Source of the DNA: Eledone cirrhosa
Lineage: Eukaryota
Direction of reading: 5' to 3'
NCBI GenBank assembly: GCA_964016885.1
Contig: OZ024744.1
Span: 130,138,001-130,202,000 of the forward strand
DNA length: 64,000 nucleotides
Both the position numbers and the translations under genes were made by a program. Positions 59,051 to 64,000 of the stretch are shown here, piece after piece. The notes under the pieces were generated by a model. That model had not been told where the DNA came from and did no database searches. It was given only the letters and a program-made list of their open reading frames with translations. Position 1 is the first letter of the stretch; each line of letters opens with the position of its first letter.

Positions 59051-62000
59051 TTGGGGTTAAGATAAGTTGGGGTTAAATTAAGTTGGGGTTAATTTAAGTT
59101 GGGTTTAAGTTAAGTCGGGGTTAAGTTGAGTTGGGGTTAAGTTAAGTTGGGTTAAGTTAAGTTGGGGTTAAGTTAAGTTGGGGTTAAGATAAGTTGGGGT
59201 TAAGTTAAGTTGGGGTTGAGTTAAGTTGGGGTTGAGTTAATTTGGGGTTAACTTAAGTTGGGGTTAACTTAAGTTGGGATTAAGTTAAGTTGGGGTTAAG
59301 TTAAGTTGGGGTTAAATTAAGTTCGGGTTAAGTTAAGTTGGGGTTAAGTTAAGTTGGGGTTAAGTTAAGTTGGGGGTAAGTTAAGTTGGGGTTAATTTAA
59401 GTTGGGTCTAATTAAGTTGGGGTTAAGTTAAGTTTGGGTTAAGTTAAGTTGGGGGTAAGTTAAGTTGGGGGTAAGTTAAGTTGGGGGTAAGTTAAGTTGG
59501 GGTTAAATTAAGTTGGGGTTAAGTTAAGTTGGGGTTAAGTTAAGTTGCGGTTATTTTAAGTTGGGGTTAAGTTAAGTTGGGGTTAAGGTAAGTTGGGGTT
59601 AAGTTAAGTTGGGGTTAAGTTAAGTTGGGGTTAAGTTAAGTTGGGGTTAATTTAAGTTGGGGTTAAGTTAAGTTGGGGTTAATTTAAGTTGGGGTTGAGT
59701 TAAGTTGGGGGTAAGTTAAGTTGGGGTTATGTTAAGTTGGGGTTAAGTTAAGTTGGGGTTCAGTTAAGTTGGGGTTAAATTATGTTGGGGTTAAGTTAAG
59801 TTGGGGTTAAGTTAAGTTGGGGTTAAGTTAATTTGGGGTTACGTTAAGTTAGGTTTAAGTTAAGTTGGGGTTGAGTTAAGTTGGGGGTAAGTTAAGTTGG
59901 GGTTATGTTAAGTTGGGGTTAAGTTAAGTTGGGGTTCAGTTAAGTTGCGGTTAAGTTAAGTTGGGGTTAAGTTAAGTTGGGGTTAAGTTAAGTTGGGGTT
60001 AAGTTAAGTTGGGGTTAATTTAAGTTGGGTTTAAGTTAAGTTGGGGTTAAGTTAAGTTGGGGTGAAGTTAATTTGTGGTTAAGTTAAGTTGGGGTTAAGT
60101 TAAGTTTGGGTTAAGTTCAGTCGGGGTTAAGTTAAGTCGGGGTTAAGTTAAGTTGGGGTTAAGTTAAGTTGGGGTTAAGTTAAGTTGGGGTTATGTTAAG
60201 TTGGGGTTAAGTTAAGTTGGGGTTAAGTTAAGTTGGGGTTAAAATTAAGTTGCGGTTAAGTTAAGTTGGGGTTAAGTTAAGTTGGGGTTAAGTTAAGTTG
60301 GGATTAAATTAAGTTGGGGTTATGTTAAGTTGGGGTTAAGTTAAGTTGGGGTTAAGTTAAGTTGGGGTTCAATTAAGTTGCGGTTAATTTAAGTTGGGGT
60401 TAAGTTAAGTTGGGGTTAAGGTAAGTTGGGGTTAAGTTAAGTTGGGGTTAAGTTAAGTTGGGGTTAATTTAAGTTGGGGTTAAGTTAAGTTGGGGTTAAT
60501 TTAAGTTGGGGTTAAGTTAAGTTGGGGTTAAGTTAAGTTGGGGTTAAATTAATTTGGGGTTAAGTTAAGTTGGGGTTAAGTTAAGTTGGGGTTAAGTTAA
60601 TTTGGGGTTAAGTTAAGTTAGGGTTAAGTTAAGTTGGGGTTGAGTTAAGTTGGGGGTAAGTTAAGTTGGGGTTATGTTAAGTTGGGGTTAAGTTAAGTTG
60701 GGGTTCAGTTAAGTTGCGGTTAAGTTAAGTTGGGGTTAAGTTAAGTTGGCTTTAAGTTAAGTTGGGGTTAAGTTAAGTTGGGGTTAAGTTAAGTTGGGTT
60801 TAAGTTAAGTTGGGGTTAAGTTAAGTTGGGGTTAATTTAATTTGTGGTTAAGTTAAGTTGGGGTTAAGTTAAGTTGGGGTTAAGTTCAGTCGGGGTTAAG
60901 TTAAGTCGGGGTTAAGTTAAGTTGGGGTTAAGTTAAGTTGGGGTTAAGATAAGTTGGGGTTAAGTTAAGTTGGGGTTGAGTTAAGTTGGGGTTGAGTTAA
61001 TTTGGGGTTGAGTTAAGTTGGGGTTAAGTTAAGTTGGGGTTATGTTAAGTTGGGGTTAAGTTAAGTTGGGGTTAAGTTAAGTTGGGGTTAAGTTAAGTTG
61101 CGGTTAAGTTAAGTTGGGGTTAAGTTAAGTTGGGGTTAAGTTAAGTTGGGATTAAATTAAGTTGGGGTTAATTTAAGTAGGGGTTAAGTTAAGTTGGGGT
61201 TAAGTTAGATTGTTGTTAAGTTAAGTTGGGGTTAAGTTAAGTTGGGATTAAGTTAAGTTGGGGTTAATTTAAGTTGGGGTTAAGTTAAGTTGGGGTCGAG
61301 TTAATTTGGGGTTAACTTAAGTTGGGGTTAACTTAAGTCGGGATTAAGTTATGTGGGGGTTAAGTTAAGTTGGGGTTAAATTAAGTTCGGGTTAAGTTAA
61401 GTTGGGGTTAAGTTAAGTTGGGGTTAAGTTAAGTTGGGGTTAAGTTAGGTTGGGGTTAAGTTAAGTTGGGGGTAAGTTAAATTGGGGGTAAGTTAAGTTG
61501 GGGTTAATTTAAGTTGGGTCTAATTAAGTTGGGGTTAAGTTAAGTTGGGGTTAAGTTAAGTTGGGGTTAAGTTAAGTTGGGGTTAAGTTAAGTTGGGGTT
61601 AAATTAAGTTGGGGTTAAGTTAAGTTGGGGTTAAGTTAAGTTGCGGTTAAGTTAAGTTGGGGTTAAGTTAAGTTGGGGTTAAGTTAAGTTGGGGGTAAGG
61701 TAAGTTGGTGGTTAAGTTAAGTTGGGGGTAAGTTAAGATGGGGTTAAGTTAAGTTGGGGTTAATTTAATTTGGGGTTAAATTAAGTTAGGGTTAAGTTAA
61801 GTTAGGGTTGAGTTAAGTTGGGGTTAAGTTAAGTTGGGGTTATGTTAAGTTGGGGTTAAGTTAAGTTGGGGTTAAGTTAAGTTGGGGTTAAGTTAAGTTG
61901 GGGTTAATTTAAGTTGGGGTTAAGTTAAGTTGGGGTTAATTTAAGTTGGGGTTAAGTTAAGTTGGGGTTAAGTTAAGTTGGGGTTAAATTAAGTTGGGGT

Positions 62001-62830
62001 TAAGTTAAGTTGGGGTTAAGTTAAGTTGGGGTTAAGTTAATTTGGGGTTAAGTTAAGTTAGGGTTAAGTTAAGTTGGGGTTGAGTTAAGTTGGGGGTAAG
62101 TTAAGTTGGGGTTATGTTAAGTTGGGGTTAAGTTAAGTTGGGGTTCAGTGAAGTTGCGGTTAAGTTAAGTTGGGGTTAAGTTAAGTTGGGATTAAGTTAA
62201 GTTGGGGTTAAGATAAGTTGGGGTTAAATTAAGTTGGGGTTAATTTAAGTTGGGGTTAAGTTAAGTCGGGGTTAAGTTGAGTTGGGGTTAAGTTAAGTTG
62301 GGTTAGTTAAGTTGGGGTTAAGTTAAGTTGGGGTTAAGATAAGTTGGGGTTAAGTTAAGTTGGGGTTGAGTTAAGTTGGGGTTGAGTTAATTTGGGGTTA
62401 ACTTAAGTTGGGGTTAACTTAAGTTGGGATTAATTTAAGTTGGGGTTAAGTTAAGTTGGGGTTAAATTAAGTTCGGGTTAAGTTAAGTTGGGGTTAAGTT
62501 AAGTTGGGGTTAAGTTAAGTTGGGGGTAAGTTAAGTTGGGGTTAATTTAAGTTGGGTCTAATTAAGTTTGGGTTAAGTTAAGTTTGGGTTAAGTTAAGTT
62601 GGGGGTAAGTTAAGTTGGGGGTAAGTTAAGTTGGGGGTAAGTTAAGTTGGGGTTAATTTAAGTTGGGTCTAATTAAGTTGGGGTTAAGTTAAGTTGGGGT
62701 TAAGTTAAGTTGGGGTTAAGTTAAGTTGGGGTTAAATTAAGTTGGGGTTAATTTAAGTTGGGGTTAAGTTAAGTTGCGGTTATTTTAAGTTGGGGTTAAG
62801 TTAAGTTGGGGTTAAGGTAAGTTGGGGTTA
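59030..62830 (+). repeat. Right-flank block ~59030-59600 repeated at ~62180-62830 (offset 3.15-3.23 kb)
   Basis: GGGATTAAGTTAAGTTGGGGTTAAGATAAG 59037/62188. GCGGTTATTTTAAG (TTATTT at 59551/62780) is followed by TTAAGGTAAG in both. Confidence 0.7.
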
Positions 62831-64000
62831 AGTTAAGTTGGGGTTAAGTTAAGTTGGGGTTAAGTTAAGTTGGGGTTAAGTTAAGTTGGGGTTAAGTTAA
62901 GTTGGGGTTAAGTTAAGTTGGGGTTAAGTTAAGTTGGGGTTAAATTATGTTGGGGTTAAGTTAAGTTGGGGTTAAGTTAAGTTGGGGTTAAGTTAATTTG
63001 GGGTTAAGTTAAGTTAGGGTTAAGTTAAGTTGGGGTTGAGTTAAGTTGGGGGTAAGTTAAGTTGGGGTTATGTTAAGTTGGGGTTAAGTTAAGTTGGGGT
63101 TATGTTAAGTTGGGGTTAAGTTAAGTTGGGGCTAAGTTAAGTTGGGTCTAAGTTAAGTTGGGGTTAAGTTAAGTTGGGGTTAATTTAAGTTGGGGTTAAG
63201 TTAAGTTGGGGTCGAGTTAATTTGGGGTTAACTTAAGTTGGGGTTAACTTAAGTCGGGATTAAGTTATGTGGGGGTTAAGTTAAGTTTGGGTTAAATTAA
63301 GTTCGGGTTAAGTTAAGTTGGGGTTAAGTTAAGTTGGGGTTAAGTTAAGTTGGGGTTAAGTTAGGTTGGGGTTAAGTTAAGTTGGTGGTAAGTTAAGTTG
63401 GGGGTAAGTTAAGTTGGGGTTAATTTAAGTTGGGTCTAATTAAGTTGGGGTTAAGTTAAGTTGGGGTTAAGTTAAGTTGGGGTTAAGTTAAGTTGGGGTT
63501 AAGTTAAGTTGGGGTTAAATTAAGTTGGGGTTAAGTTAAGTTGGGGTTAAGTTAAGTTGCGGTTAAGTTAAGTTGGGGTTAAGTTAAGTTGGGGTTAAGT
63601 TAAGTTGGGGGTAAGGTAAGTTGGTGGTTAAGTTAAGTTGGGGGTAAGTTAAGATGGGGTTAAGTTAAGTTGGGGTTAATTTAATTTGGGGTTAAATTAA
63701 GTTAGGGTTAAGTTAAGTTAGGGTTGAGTTAAGTTGGGGTTAAGTTAAGTTGGGGTTATGTTAAGTTGGGGTTAAGTTAAGTTGGGGTTAAGTTAAGTTG
63801 GGGTTAAGTTAAGTTGGGGTTAATTTAAGTTGGGGTTAAGTTAAGTTGGGGTTAATTTAAGTTGGGGTTAAGTTAAGTTGGGGTTAAGTTAAGTTGGGGT
63901 TAAATTAAGTTGGGGTTAAGTTAAGTTGGGGTTAAGTTAAGTTGGGGTTAAGTTAATTTGGGGTTAAGTTAAGTTAGGGTTAAGTTAAGTTGGGGTTGAG
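61260..64000 (+). repeat. Right-flank block ~61260-62090 repeated at ~63180-64000+ (offset 1916 bp)
   Basis: GTCGAG 61295/63211, TTATGTGGGGG 61349/63265 and AAGGTAAGTTGGTGG 61697/63613, all at offset 1916. Confidence 0.85.

Larger units (their letters stand above)
1..64000 (+). repeat. Tandem satellite array, 16-bp monomer TTAAGTTAAGTTGGGG (reverse complement CCCCAACTTAACTTAA), about 4,000 copies, telomere-like and G-rich on +
   Basis: Read directly: every line is this monomer or a 1-4 substitution or short-indel variant. Consensus composition is T6 A4 G6 C0 (37.5% GC). Single orientation, no unique sequence, array open at both ends. Confidence 0.99.

Noticed and set aside
400-63570. Frequent CpG-creating variants (TTGCGG, TTCGGG, TCGGGG, TTACG) as a methylation signal
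   Set aside because: Most changes to C in a G-rich monomer create CpG, and the counts are inflated by duplication. No inference is possible without counting independent events.
1-64000. Protein-coding ORFs, including a repetitive protein
   Set aside because: Each monomer has two TAA triplets on each strand, and the 16-bp period shifts frame every unit, so all six frames are closed within a few monomers.
1-64000. CRISPR array or other repeat-spacer system
   Set aside because: Monomers abut directly. There are no unique spacers, leader or cas genes, and the variants are point mutants of the monomer.
1-64000. Canonical telomere tract (TTAGGG, TTAGG or TTGGGG)n
   Set aside because: These motifs occur only as single subunits or single-base variants within the 16-mer, never as pure runs.
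1-64000. Variant pattern as an encoded message or synthetic DNA storage
   Set aside because: The variant strings are explained by nested duplication of sporadic mutations. There is no fixed variable position, addressing or primer structure.
1-64000. Pure sequencing or polymerase-slippage artefact
   Set aside because: The same rare multi-base variants recur in ordered strings with nested divergence, which random error would not give. The copy number of the youngest duplications could still be an assembly error.
1-64000. Assignment to a specific organism or to a centromere
   Set aside because: There is no unique sequence and no diagnostic box that I recognise. Resemblance to insect or ciliate telomere motifs is not enough.

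Overview
The whole 64 kb window is one uninterrupted head-to-tail tandem array of a 16-bp monomer, consensus TTAAG-TTAAG-TTGGGG (about 4,000 copies). The G-rich strand is on + throughout and the array runs off both ends. I see no genes, RNA genes, CRISPR spacers, transposon insertions or inversions, and both strands carry two TAA codons per monomer. The information lies in rare variant monomers, which act as barcodes and show nested duplications: 16-64 bp local, 0.2-1 kb blocks, a ~1.7 kb module marked 15 times, 2.2 and 3.5 kb tandem duplications, and a 21.7/24.2 kb tandem duplication with its junction at ~29,677. This fits a eukaryotic, telomere-like satellite maintained by recombination. The organism and chromosomal position cannot be determined from the sequence. 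I found no protein-coding system. Coordinates and offsets were counted by eye and should be confirmed with a dot plot.
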